A DNA stretch of 53,892 bases, taken from Flavobacteriales bacterium. GTDB lineage: Bacteria; Bacteroidota; Bacteroidia; Flavobacteriales_D; Sanyastnellaceae. The stretch spans positions 1 to 53,892 of the forward strand of contig JBKCGW010000455.1 of NCBI GenBank assembly GCA_046303175.1, given 5' to 3'. A program made the position numbers and the translations under genes. Below are positions 1 to 8,682 of this stretch, piece by piece. How positions within the stretch are numbered: position 1 is the stretch's first letter; each line of letters begins with the position of its first letter. The notes under the pieces were generated by a model, which was not told where the DNA came from, did not search any database, and saw only the letters and a program-made list of their open reading frames with translations.

Positions 1-110
1 GTACTCTTTTCAAAATGGCCGAGGACGCAGCGCGCAAAGCGAAGTTCAATAGCAGCGCGAGTGGTAATGAGCAGAAGGGGAGTATTAAGATTACGTTCAA
101 GTTGAATTGA
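1..110 (+). CDS. 3' end of a coiled-coil/TonB-TolA-C-like paralog (5' end outside window)
   Basis: nt 1-110 read the same as nt 782-891 (last ~36 codons ...LFKMAEDAARKAKFNSSASGNEQKGSIKITFKLN, TGA at 108-110). A further upstream copy of the 127..891 gene therefore ends here. Confidence 0.7.
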   Translation, partial: TLFKMAEDAARKAKFNSSASGNEQKGSIKITFKLN

Positions 111-470
111 TTGCGTTGCCGATTCAATGAGTAATTCCACAGCATATAAATACCCCGTGCATTTTCAATTAGTCATTTGTTCTGTTTTCGTTTTTTTCAT
201 GGCGAACGCGGCCTTTGGCCAATCCAAGAAAATGCACATCGAACAACTCAACGGTATAGTCGACAGCCTCTATTCTGCAGTTGTAATGAAAGAGATGGAA
301 AACGCATCTTATTTGGCGCAGATATCCTCTTTGCGGCAAGAGATTTCTAACTTAAAGAATGACCTGGATAAAAGCCAAAAGGAGCGCGATAAACTCACAA
401 ATGAAAAGGAAAGTTGCAATCGATTGAACTCGGTTTTGAATCAGGAAGTTGCGAACCTTCGAGATTCATT
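1..470 (+). repeat. tandem duplication unit, copy 1 (period 781 nt)
   Basis: nt 1-125 match nt 782-906 with 1 visible mismatch in the intergenic spacer. nt 127-470 parallel nt 908-1251 at high identity by eye, including a ~120 nt stretch with only 2 differences. Confidence 0.85.
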
Positions 471-891
471 AAGCATTTGTAAGGGGAAGAACAGGGGTGG
501 AACATTGACAGGCACAGGTCAACAAGGCGACCCCAACGAAAGTATCAATGGCCATGGATTGTTGGGTGGAGGCGGCAGCGCAAATGGCACCAGTAATGGA
601 GTTGGTTCAGGCTCCGGTTCCGGCATGAGTTGGAGTTTAAGTGAGCGAACGTTGGTGAATACCCCCAAGGTAAACGGAACGGCTCCCGATGAAGGAACGG
701 TTACCGTCGACATTTGGGTAGATGCCAACGGAAATGTGACCAAGGCAATTGCCAATGCAGCCAAATCGAATACAACGAGTGGTACTCTTTTCAAAATGGC
801 CGAGGACGCAGCGCGCAAAGCGAAGTTCAATAGCAGCGCGAGTGGTAATGAGCAGAAGGGGAGTATTAAGATTACGTTCAAGTTGAATTGA
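127..891 (+). CDS. membrane-anchored coiled-coil protein with TonB_2/TolA-C-like C-terminal module
   Basis: 254 aa ORF. It has an N-terminal hydrophobic anchor/signal (FQLVICSVFVFFMANAAFGQ), a coiled-coil stretch (LKNDLDKSQKERDKLTNEKESCNRLNSVLNQEVANLRDSL), a Gly/Ser-rich linker, and a C-terminal ~80 aa segment (GTVTVDIWVDANGNVTKAI...KGSIKITFKLN) of the TonB/TolA C-terminal type. Only 16 nt separate it from the preceding stop. Confidence 0.75.
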   Translation: MSNSTAYKYPVHFQLVICSVFVFFMANAAFGQSKKMHIEQLNGIVDSLYSAVVMKEMENASYLAQISSLRQEISNLKNDLDKSQKERDKLTNEKESCNRLNSVLNQEVANLRDSLSICKGKNRGGTLTGTGQQGDPNESINGHGLLGGGGSANGTSNGVGSGSGSGMSWSLSERTLVNTPKVNGTAPDEGTVTVDIWVDANGNVTKAIANAAKSNTTSGTLFKMAEDAARKAKFNSSASGNEQKGSIKITFKLN

Positions 892-1251
892 TGGCGTTGC
901 CGATTCAATGAGCTATTCCACCACCTATAAATATCCCATGCGTTTTCAATTGTTCATATGTTCTGTTGTCGTTTCGTTAATTGCAAACGCAGCCTTTGGT
1001 CAATCCAAGAAAAAGCAAATTGAACATCTCAACGGCATAGTCGACAGCCTCTATTCTGAAGTTGTAATGAAAGAGATGGAAAATGTGGCTTATTTGTCGC
1101 AGATAGCCTCCTTGCAGCAAGAGAATTCTAACTTAAAGAATGACCTGGATAAAAGCCAAAAGGAGCACGATAAACTCACAAATGAAAAGGAAAGTTGCAA
1201 TCGATTGAACTCGGTTTTGAATCAGGAGGTTGCGAACCTTCGAGATTCATT
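782..1251 (+). repeat. tandem duplication unit, copy 2
   Basis: See copy 1. Similarity ends abruptly after ...cgagattcatt (470/1251), where the two genes switch to different C-terminal domains. Confidence 0.85.
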
Positions 1252-1702
1252 GCAACAATGCAAGGAACAGCTCAGCAGACTTGCCAATTATCATTACGGC
1301 CGCTTCGACTCCGAGGATGATAATGGCTCGGTGGGTGAGGTGGAGGTATGGCAGACCCAAGGAGGAGAAGAGAGGCTTGAAGAGCCGGTGTCATTCGCTC
1401 AGGAAATGCCTCAATACCCCGGTGGTGAACTTCAAATGCAAAAAGACATCATGGAAAACGCTCCTTATCCTGAAATGGAAAAGGAGGCTAATATTCAGGG
1501 GAAAGTGTATGTGCAATTTGTAGTGGAAAAGGATGGGAGCATCAGCAACGTGCGTGTTCAGCGAGGAGTACAGGGTGGCCCTAATCTTAGTAAAATTGCT
1601 GAAAACGCAGTTCGCAGACTCAAAAGGTTTGCTCCGGCAAAACAGAATGGTCGTCCGGTTCGCCTCGTGATGTCTATTCCGGTGAATTTTACATTGAAAT
1701 AG
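908..1702 (+). CDS. energy transducer TonB-family protein (coiled-coil spacer variant)
   Basis: 264 aa. The N-terminal ~115 aa are near-identical to the 127..891 product. The C-terminus (PQYPGGELQMQKDIMENAPYPEMEKEANIQGKVYVQFVVEKDGSISNVRVQRGV...NGRPVRLVMSIPVNFTLK) has the canonical TonB C-terminal domain pattern. Confidence 0.85.
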   Translation: MSYSTTYKYPMRFQLFICSVVVSLIANAAFGQSKKKQIEHLNGIVDSLYSEVVMKEMENVAYLSQIASLQQENSNLKNDLDKSQKEHDKLTNEKESCNRLNSVLNQEVANLRDSLQQCKEQLSRLANYHYGRFDSEDDNGSVGEVEVWQTQGGEERLEEPVSFAQEMPQYPGGELQMQKDIMENAPYPEMEKEANIQGKVYVQFVVEKDGSISNVRVQRGVQGGPNLSKIAENAVRRLKRFAPAKQNGRPVRLVMSIPVNFTLK

Positions 1703-1739
1703 AGTTTTTGCTTTAGCACGATGTTGCTATCCTTGCGCC

Positions 1740-2960
1740 GTGAACTACCCTCAAACCCTCGAATACCTCTACTCACAACTCCCCATGTTTCATCGCGTGG
1801 GGCCGGCGGCGTACAAGCCGGGGTTGGATAATACGTGGGCTTTACTAGAGCTGGTGGGAAATCCGCAAATCGGATTGAAGACTGTGCACATTGCCGGCAC
1901 CAATGGCAAGGGAAGCACCTCTCACATGATTGCTGCAGCCTTGCAAGTCGCGGGCTACAAAACAGGATTGTATACATCGCCACATCTCAAAGACTTTCGC
2001 GAACGCATCCGCATCAACGGCGTCATGATGCCCGAAGAGGAAGTGGTGGCATTTGTGAATGAATATCACGAAGCATGGCAAGCCATTCAACCTTCCTTTT
2101 TTGAGATAACCGTGGCAATGTGCTTCTGGTTTTTCAAGCGCGCGGGGATTGATATTGCTGTCATCGAAACCGGCTTGGGTGGCCGACTCGACAGCACCAA
2201 TGTGATTGAGCCCGAAGTTTCGGTAATCACCAACATCGGCTATGACCACATGAATTTGTTGGGCGACACCATCGAGAAGATTGCCGCAGAGAAAGCGGGA
2301 ATTATTAAGTCGAATAGGCCCGTTGTGCTAGGTGCGATGCGCGAAGAGGCTCGCCAAGTAATGTGCACCACGGCACAGCATCTTCTTGCTCCTCTCATCG
2401 ATTCAACGTGCATACCCGATTCCATGATACCCGGTGGCGAGTTGCAAGGAAATTATCAAACGGAAAACCGCGCTACAGCTTTTATGGCGTTGCGCACGTT
2501 GGCTGCATTGGGATGGACTGTTACTGAACAGCACATTTCAGCAGGGTTTCAGAAGGTTGTTGAACTCACCGGATTGTTGGGTCGATGGCAAAAGTTGAAT
2601 GAGAAACCCTTAGTGATAGCAGACGTTGCGCACAACGAAGATGGTGTTCAAGTAGTGTTGCGCCAGCTGCGCGAAACACCCCACAAGCAGTTGCATTTCG
2701 TGCTAGGCATGGTGGGCGATAAGGATGTGTCGCGCGTGTTGCGACTGCTGCCACGGGAGGCAGTTTATTATTTCTGCAAGGCCGATATCCCGCGCGGATT
2801 AGATGCGAACGCACTGAAGCAATTAGCATCAGAATTTCATTTGCAAGGTGAATCCTTTGCGTCGGTAAAACAGGCTTATGAAGCCGCCATCAAGAGTGCA
2901 GAAAATGACGATTTGGTTTTTATCGGCGGATCTGTATTCACCGTTGCAGAAGCCCTTTAG
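1740..2960 (+). CDS. folC: bifunctional folylpolyglutamate synthase/dihydrofolate synthase
   Basis: 406 aa with a GTG start. Mur-ligase P-loop HIAGTNGKGST. The N-terminus MNYPQTLEYLYSQLPMFHRVGPAAYKPGLDN is typical of FolC. Confidence 0.9.
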   Translation: MNYPQTLEYLYSQLPMFHRVGPAAYKPGLDNTWALLELVGNPQIGLKTVHIAGTNGKGSTSHMIAAALQVAGYKTGLYTSPHLKDFRERIRINGVMMPEEEVVAFVNEYHEAWQAIQPSFFEITVAMCFWFFKRAGIDIAVIETGLGGRLDSTNVIEPEVSVITNIGYDHMNLLGDTIEKIAAEKAGIIKSNRPVVLGAMREEARQVMCTTAQHLLAPLIDSTCIPDSMIPGGELQGNYQTENRATAFMALRTLAALGWTVTEQHISAGFQKVVELTGLLGRWQKLNEKPLVIADVAHNEDGVQVVLRQLRETPHKQLHFVLGMVGDKDVSRVLRLLPREAVYYFCKADIPRGLDANALKQLASEFHLQGESFASVKQAYEAAIKSAENDDLVFIGGSVFTVAEAL

Positions 2961-2966
2961 AAATTT

Positions 2967-3011
2967 CTCTGCGCCTCCGTGGTAAAAAAATTAACCGCAG
3001 AGGCGCAGAGA
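2967..3011. repeat. 12 bp-stem inverted repeat (CTCTGYG-hairpin element) between convergent folC and cyclase genes
   Basis: tctctgcgcctc (2967-2978) pairs with gaggcgcagaga (3000-3011) around an A-rich 21 nt loop. The left arm resembles the 48152/48265 repeats and 46866-46879. Confidence 0.75.
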
Positions 3012-3023
3012 TAAAATCCAAGA

Positions 3024-3794
3024 TTAATTATTTAGGAGTTTATAAAGAACAGGCCTTGAAGGTGCCGCATCGTTTCGAAATGCAGCTACTTGCAGATTGA
3101 GCATGTAGAGCCCATCTTCAATGGAATTATCGGCGTAAATCATTTCCGAAATAGTCGCGTGCATGCGTGGCTCGGCCGGGTAATTCCAGAAGGCGTGGTG
3201 CGCCAACAGTTTTCCTTGATCTTCTTCGCGGTCGATAGACGGCATATCAACCAACAGGTGCTGTACGCCTTGCGCGGCCAACCATGCAGCCGCTTCGGGG
3301 TGCATGTACGTGAAGTTGGTGTTGGAGTATTGATGCGAATTTTTTTCGTCGGAATTGGGCAGGGTGCGAATGATAAGTGCTTCGGTCACCCCACCGGAAA
3401 GTGCTTGCTGCAGTTGTTCTAGCGTGATGATGCTATCGCCGGTTTGAACGATGTCGTTACTTTCTGTGCAAAGGTGTGGTGTAATGGTAATCAGCGAGGC
3501 AATCCACCAATGGCGGGTTAGCGCGCGCTCAATCGATACCAATTCATGGCTGATGTGTCCGAGTGTTTCTGTGTGCGTGCCGTGCGCATGCGGATTGAAA
3601 AACACATCGTTGAAATTCACGTTTCCACCCAATGCAACACTGCCGGTAAAGTATCGGTTGATGACCGGTGCGATGCGCATCTTGTCGGCATACCAAGCTC
3701 GCGGACCTTGTGCATGCAACACAATGGAAAGGTCGAGCGGTTTCGATAAATCGATTGTCCACTGGCGGCCTTGGTGTTCAATGTGTGTTATCAT
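3024..3794 (-). CDS. cyclase family protein (arylformamidase-like)
   Basis: HAHGTHTETLGHIS matches the HxGTHxDxPxH-type cyclase motif, with LLVDMPSIDRE downstream. I placed the start at the internal ATG (MITHIEHQ...), which overlaps the hemW stop as ATGA (3791-3794). The upstream extension in the ORF track is His/Arg-rich and lies inside hemW. Confidence 0.6.
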   Translation of the reverse strand: MITHIEHQGRQWTIDLSKPLDLSIVLHAQGPRAWYADKMRIAPVINRYFTGSVALGGNVNFNDVFFNPHAHGTHTETLGHISHELVSIERALTRHWWIASLITITPHLCTESNDIVQTGDSIITLEQLQQALSGGVTEALIIRTLPNSDEKNSHQYSNTNFTYMHPEAAAWLAAQGVQHLLVDMPSIDREEDQGKLLAHHAFWNYPAEPRMHATISEMIYADNSIEDGLYMLNLQVAAFRNDAAPSRPVLYKLLNN

Positions 3795-4924
3795 GATTCG
3801 AGAATAAACAATTCGGATGCAATGCGGTCGGCGCGCAACAAACCTTGTGTTGTGAGGGTGATGATGTGGTTGTCTTTGTGCATGAGCCCATCGCCAATCA
3901 ATTCTTCGAAACGCGATTTTTCCAGTTGCCAAAGATCAATGCCATATGTGTTTTGCAAGAACTCCAAGTCCACGCCCCATGCGGTGCGTAGACGGGTCAT
4001 GAGGTATTCGTTGATACGTGTGCGGTTGTCGAGCATTTCCGTTTCGAGTTCGGGCACCCCCGTCATCCAACCCTTGGCATAGCGTGGGTTGTTGGATACA
4101 TTCCATTGCCTCGATGTTCCGTTGAAGGAATGTGCAGAGGGCCCGATGCCCAGGTATTTTTTCCCCAACCAATAGGCGCTGTTGTGTTTCGACTCCATGC
4201 CCGGTTTGCAAAAGTTGGAGACCTCGTATTGTTGAAATCCGCTTCTGGCGAGCTCTTGAACGAGTGTAATGAATTGCTTGCTACCGGTTTCGTCATCGAC
4301 CGGCTGCAGCTCCTGTTTTGCCAATTGATGACCGAATGCAGTTTGTGGTTCGATGGTGAGGCTGTACGCGCTGATATGTTGGATCTGCAAATCGACTGCT
4401 TTGCGAATGTTCTCCATCCAGTCGCGGTCGCTAAGTCCGGGTATGCTATAGATGAGGTCGATGGTGATGTTTTCGAATCCGCGGTCTTGCGCACACTTCA
4501 CCGAAAAGTCGGCCTGACTCGAGCTGTGCGCGCGGTTCATCCATTGTAAGTCTTGATCCCGAAAGCTTTGGACGCCAATGCTGAAGCGGTTTACAGGTGT
4601 GCGAGCTAGTTCAATGATTTTGTGATACGTAAGATCATCGGGGTTGGCCTCCAGGGTTATTTCGGCATTGGATGCAACGGGGAAATAACCGTGAATGGCA
4701 TCGAGCAAACGTTTTAGATCGTCGGTGGCCAGCAGCGATGGTGTGCCGCCACCGAAGTAGATGGTTTCCACGGTTTCACCTTCCAGATAGTTGCGGCGCG
4801 ATTGAAGTTCCCTGTGCATGGCTTGAAGCAGGTCGGGCATGGATTTCACTTGCGTTGAGAAATGAAAGTCGCAGTAGTGACACGCTTGTTTGCAAAAGGG
4901 AATATGGAGGTAGATGCCGGCCAT
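3791..4924 (-). CDS. hemW: radical SAM family heme chaperone HemW (HemN-like)
   Basis: 377 aa. The N-terminus MAGIYLHIPFCKQACHYCDFHF carries the CxxxCxxC radical-SAM cluster motif, and length and layout match HemW/HemN-like proteins. Confidence 0.9.
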   Translation of the reverse strand: MAGIYLHIPFCKQACHYCDFHFSTQVKSMPDLLQAMHRELQSRRNYLEGETVETIYFGGGTPSLLATDDLKRLLDAIHGYFPVASNAEITLEANPDDLTYHKIIELARTPVNRFSIGVQSFRDQDLQWMNRAHSSSQADFSVKCAQDRGFENITIDLIYSIPGLSDRDWMENIRKAVDLQIQHISAYSLTIEPQTAFGHQLAKQELQPVDDETGSKQFITLVQELARSGFQQYEVSNFCKPGMESKHNSAYWLGKKYLGIGPSAHSFNGTSRQWNVSNNPRYAKGWMTGVPELETEMLDNRTRINEYLMTRLRTAWGVDLEFLQNTYGIDLWQLEKSRFEELIGDGLMHKDNHIITLTTQGLLRADRIASELFILES

Positions 4925-4963
4925 AATGCGAAAGTACCTAGCTTCGTGTAATAAATTTGCACC

Positions 4964-5464
4964 ATGTTCAAAGCAACTGTAAACGCGAAGAAAAATCTCG
5001 AAATCGCATTTGAGGGCGAAGCTGTTCTAATTGATGGAAAGCCGGCTGAAGTGAGCCGTGTTGTCTTGAACACGATGCGTTCGCACGTATTGTTGGACGG
5101 TCGCTCAATGAATGCCGAGGTAGTAGAAGCCAATGCAGAAACGAAAGAGTTTGTGGTGAAGGTGAATAACCGCACCTATCAGATACAGTTGAAAGATCGT
5201 TTTGATGAACTGTTGAAGAGCCTGGGAATGGAAGCGGTAGGCCAAAAGAAAATGAGCGAAGTGAAGGCGCCTATGCCGGGAATGGTACTGAACATTTTGG
5301 TGCACGAAGGCGAAGAGGTTGAAAAGGATAAGCCGCTGCTTATTCTCGAAGCCATGAAAATGGAAAACGTCATCAAGAGCGCTGCATCGGGCAAGGTGAA
5401 AAAAGTGAAGGCGGTGAAAGGTGTGGCGGTGGAGAAGGGCGCGGTGTTGATAGAATTCGAATAG
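4964..5464 (+). CDS. biotin carboxyl carrier protein subunit (biotin/lipoyl attachment domain)
   Basis: 166 aa. The C-terminal biotinylation motif LILEAMKMENVI (E-A-M-K-M) sits within a lipoyl-like barrel segment. Confidence 0.85.
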   Translation: MFKATVNAKKNLEIAFEGEAVLIDGKPAEVSRVVLNTMRSHVLLDGRSMNAEVVEANAETKEFVVKVNNRTYQIQLKDRFDELLKSLGMEAVGQKKMSEVKAPMPGMVLNILVHEGEEVEKDKPLLILEAMKMENVIKSAASGKVKKVKAVKGVAVEKGAVLIEFE

Positions 5465-5583
5465 AAACTGCAACTTTTCCGTTTTGGAAAACGTTGTGTA
5501 TAAAAAGCGCAAATGGGCAAAAGGGCGATGATGTTTTCGCCTGTCGAAAATGTAAATTGCCCATTCGCAAGAGAGATTTCAGA

Positions 5584-6633
5584 ATGAACAGGCAACGGAT
5601 CGTATGGTTAGTGTTTTTTGCTGTTTCAGCAATCTCGGGTCCGCGTGCCTTAGCGCAGGCATGTGCCAATGCGCTGAGCAATTACATCTGTGCAGATGAG
5701 CAACAACAGGTCGACTCGTTGAATGCTGAGTCCTATTTTAATGCTTGTATTTTTAACGAGGTTGCGTCCAATCAACTCAGCTACACCCAGTGGTATTCAT
5801 TTCACACCAACACAATTGCCGGTGTGGGAAACGTGAATATTGCGGTTGATTTCGTGGACTGCGATTATTCCAATCCGGGAACGGAGGACGTCAACGATTT
5901 TATCTATGTCACAGCATTTCCGGTTCAACCCGGAGAAGATCCTTGCGATGCATTGGCGTCGATTGCTGCAGATTGTTTCGGTTCGAATGAATCGTTTGTG
6001 TATTCGTTGAACGCCGGTTTGCTGCCCGACACGGATTACTTGGTGGTGGTGGGGTCGAATCACGAGCCGCAAGGTGGAAATTTGGCCGATCCATGTGCGT
6101 TCGACGTAACTATCAGCGGCAGTGCTCTTGGAATTGTGGCCAGTGTAAATCCGCTTTCTGTCGCACTAGGCGAATCGGCCTATTTGCAAGTGGAGGGAGC
6201 CGACAACGATTACCCGGTTCAATGGACGCCCGGTCAATACCTCGACGATCCAACGAGCCTCAACCCGGAAGTATTTGCCGAGGAGACCACTTCATTCCAG
6301 GTGAGTGGCCAGGTGGGCAATTGTCCGGCGACCGATGTTGTTTCGCTCACGATTGGATCGCCGATTGAAATATTTACCGCGTTTTCACCGAATAGCGATG
6401 GGTTTAACGATATATGGAATATTGGTGAGATAGAACGATTCCCAACATGTCAGATTGAGGTTTTTGATCGTTGGGGTCAAAGTGTTTTTAAGTCCGTTGG
6501 TTATGAGCAGCCGTGGGACGGCACTTTCAAAGGAAAATACCTTCCAACAGGCGCTTATTATTACGTGATAGAATTGAATTCACTCGAGGTAACTATACCC
6601 CCTATGACCGGGGTGGTCAGTATTGTGCATTAA
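5584..6633 (+). CDS. T9SS type B sorting domain (gliding motility-associated C-terminal domain) protein
   Basis: Start chosen at MNRQRIVWLVFFAVSAISGPRALAQ (signal peptide). The C-terminus FSPNSDGFNDIWNIGEIERFPTCQIEVFDRWGQSVFKSVGYEQPWDGTFKGKYLPTGAYYYVIEL is the CHU_C/type B CTD signature. Confidence 0.85.
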   Translation: MNRQRIVWLVFFAVSAISGPRALAQACANALSNYICADEQQQVDSLNAESYFNACIFNEVASNQLSYTQWYSFHTNTIAGVGNVNIAVDFVDCDYSNPGTEDVNDFIYVTAFPVQPGEDPCDALASIAADCFGSNESFVYSLNAGLLPDTDYLVVVGSNHEPQGGNLADPCAFDVTISGSALGIVASVNPLSVALGESAYLQVEGADNDYPVQWTPGQYLDDPTSLNPEVFAEETTSFQVSGQVGNCPATDVVSLTIGSPIEIFTAFSPNSDGFNDIWNIGEIERFPTCQIEVFDRWGQSVFKSVGYEQPWDGTFKGKYLPTGAYYYVIELNSLEVTIPPMTGVVSIVH

Positions 6634-6635
6634 AA

Positions 6636-7565
6636 ATGAAGAGGTATAACTGGATATGTTTGTTGCTTTTGCTTGCGGTAATGCCCGCAATGGCTCAGCA
6701 ACTGCCCCAATTTACCTACTTCACCTATAACTACATGCAATACAATCCGGCAGTTGTAGGCACGGCCCCTTGTCTCGATTTGAAGTTTGGCTTGCGCAGA
6801 CAATGGAAGGGATTTGAAGGCGCACCTACAACGGGTTTTGCCAATATCCATGGCAAGATTGGCAAGAAATCGGAGTTTCATTTTCATGGATTGGGAGCAA
6901 CCGTGGAAAACGACGATTCAGGACCATTCAACTATACAACCGTTCATTTGAATTATGCCTATCACATGAAGTTGGCAAACAAGTATTTTTTGTCAACGGG
7001 ACTGGGGTTAGGTTTTGCGCAGTATAGCATTGATTACGGAGAAATGAAGTTCGAGGACCAGTTGGCTGAACAAGCGATATATGGGATTGTGAACGACTTT
7101 GTATTTCCCATGTTCAATGCAGGCTTGTGGCTCTATCGTTCCGATCGCTTTTACGGAGTTTCCGTTCGCAGCCTGAACAATAAGTCTATCGATGGCCTAA
7201 CAGATACACAAGTCCGCAGACATTATTCGTTTGCCAATGGTTATGCAACCCGAATATCACAAGAGCTCACCTTCAAGCCGGCTTTCTTGATTAATTATGT
7301 GGGCAAGAGCCGACCCTCCATTGACGGGCAGTTGATACTTTCTTTTAAAGACATGGTGGACGTAGGCGTTGGAGCCCGCTCAGGTCATGGCTTTTCAGCC
7401 CTCTTGAAATTATCTGCGATACGTTACGTCACGATTGGTTATGCATATGATGTGACCATGAACAAGATTCGATACGTATCAGGAAGTACCCACGAAATTG
7501 TGGTAGGAATTCGAGCATGCAAAGAGGGCAACAAAATGTACGTCCCTTGTGCGGCCTATGATTGA
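6636..7565 (+). CDS. PorP/SprF family type IX secretion system membrane protein
   Basis: Signal peptide MKRYNWICLLLLLAVMPAMAQ is followed by QLPQFTYFTYNYMQYNPAVVG, the PorP/SprF N-terminal signature. The size suits a beta-barrel. The gene starts 2 nt after the stop of the type B CTD gene. Confidence 0.8.
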   Translation: MKRYNWICLLLLLAVMPAMAQQLPQFTYFTYNYMQYNPAVVGTAPCLDLKFGLRRQWKGFEGAPTTGFANIHGKIGKKSEFHFHGLGATVENDDSGPFNYTTVHLNYAYHMKLANKYFLSTGLGLGFAQYSIDYGEMKFEDQLAEQAIYGIVNDFVFPMFNAGLWLYRSDRFYGVSVRSLNNKSIDGLTDTQVRRHYSFANGYATRISQELTFKPAFLINYVGKSRPSIDGQLILSFKDMVDVGVGARSGHGFSALLKLSAIRYVTIGYAYDVTMNKIRYVSGSTHEIVVGIRACKEGNKMYVPCAAYD

Positions 7566-7567
7566 TC

Positions 7568-7912
7568 ATGGATATTCAGACGTTCCGCGAGTATTGTCTT
7601 CAAAAATCGGGAGTTACCGAGCATTTGCCTTTTGATAATCGCACCTTGGCTTTCAAGGTTGGAGGAAAGATGTTCGCTCTGTGTGACCTAGAAGAGTTTG
7701 ATGGTGCAAATTTGAAATGCGACCCCGAATGGGCAGTAGAGTTGCGCGAGCAACACAATGGCATAACCGGTGGGTACCACATGAACAAGAAGCATTGGAA
7801 TACGGTGTCGGCATTGAGTGATGTGAACGATGGATTGTTCTTCAGGCTTATCGACCACAGTTATGATCTGGTAAAGTTGAGTTTGCCAAAAAGAGAGCGT
7901 GAAAAACTTTAG
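7568..7912 (+). CDS. MmcQ/YjbR family DNA-binding protein
   Basis: MDIQTFREYCLQKSGVTEHLPFDNRTLAFKVGGKMFAL...HMNKKHWNTV matches the YjbR-like pattern. The ORF track starts at TTG 7562, but ATG 7568 is more likely. Confidence 0.8.
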   Translation: MDIQTFREYCLQKSGVTEHLPFDNRTLAFKVGGKMFALCDLEEFDGANLKCDPEWAVELREQHNGITGGYHMNKKHWNTVSALSDVNDGLFFRLIDHSYDLVKLSLPKREREKL

Positions 7913-7944
7913 ATTTTTTCCAATTTTTCGCCTTGTCTGCGTTC

Positions 7945-7952
7945 TAGATTTG
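7945..7952 (+). promoter_or_regulatory. candidate -7 promoter box (TAGATTTG)
   Basis: Exact TAnnTTTG match, 21 nt upstream of ATG 7973. Confidence 0.4.
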
Positions 7953-7972
7953 ACAATAAACCCCTGAGTAGT

Positions 7973-8671
7973 ATGACCGACACTATGAAATACCCACGAT
8001 TACAGGAATTGGCCAACAACATTCAACTGCAAATGGAGCGATTAAAGGCCGGCGAACTTTCGGTTGAAGAGCTCGATATGGTTGCCGATCAAAGCCGCGA
8101 ATTATATGAGCGTTTGGTTGTGCTTCGTTTCAAAGCGTTCAACGAAACAGTGCATGGTGCATCAGCAATCGTTTCTGCAGAGCCAACCCCGGTATCTCAG
8201 GAGGAAATCAAAACAGAAACTACCAATCAAGTTTCCTTGATAGACGCTATAGCAGAAGTTACTCAATCGGAGGAAGTAGAAGTGGAACCCTTGTTTACCT
8301 TCGAAAGCAAGCCTGCAGAACCGGTAATATCCAATACGCTTTTTGATTTGGCCGCGTTGCCTGCAACACCCAGCGTGAACGAAATGTTGGCTCGCACCAT
8401 GGTGCAGCAGGAAACGGTAGCGCAGCACCATACACACACCCCAATTGCGGATTTGAAAATTGCTATCACATTGAACCAACGATTTCAGTTCTCTCGCGAA
8501 TTGTTCAAGGGCAATAACCAAGATTACGAGGTAGCGATTGATTTGCTCAATACATCGTCGAGAGAGGATTCTATGCAATACTTGAAGTCGTTGGAAACAA
8601 AGTATGAGTGGAGCAAAGGTTCTACAGTAGTCCGCGACTTTTGTACGTTGGTAGAACGTCGTCACCAATAA
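7973..8671 (+). CDS. hypothetical protein
   Basis: 232 aa ORF on the same strand as its neighbours, with a TAGATTTG box 21 nt upstream. It has a helical N-terminus, an acidic/Thr-rich middle, and a C-terminal ~70 aa that looks conserved. I do not recognise a family. Confidence 0.6.
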   Translation: MTDTMKYPRLQELANNIQLQMERLKAGELSVEELDMVADQSRELYERLVVLRFKAFNETVHGASAIVSAEPTPVSQEEIKTETTNQVSLIDAIAEVTQSEEVEVEPLFTFESKPAEPVISNTLFDLAALPATPSVNEMLARTMVQQETVAQHHTHTPIADLKIAITLNQRFQFSRELFKGNNQDYEVAIDLLNTSSREDSMQYLKSLETKYEWSKGSTVVRDFCTLVERRHQ

Positions 8672-8682
8672 TTTCTGTTGTC

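Noticed and set aside
3795-3932. N-terminal extension of the cyclase ORF (MATGKIAFRRIDWRWAHAQRQPHHHPH...)
   Set aside because: It lies entirely inside hemW on the same strand in another frame. It is His/Arg-rich and unlike cyclase N-termini. The internal ATG forms an ATGA overlap with the hemW stop.
4952-4959. TAAATTTG box 5 nt upstream of the biotin carrier ATG
   Set aside because: It is an exact motif match, but it lies too close to the start codon to place the ATG inside the transcript. I did not call it as a promoter.
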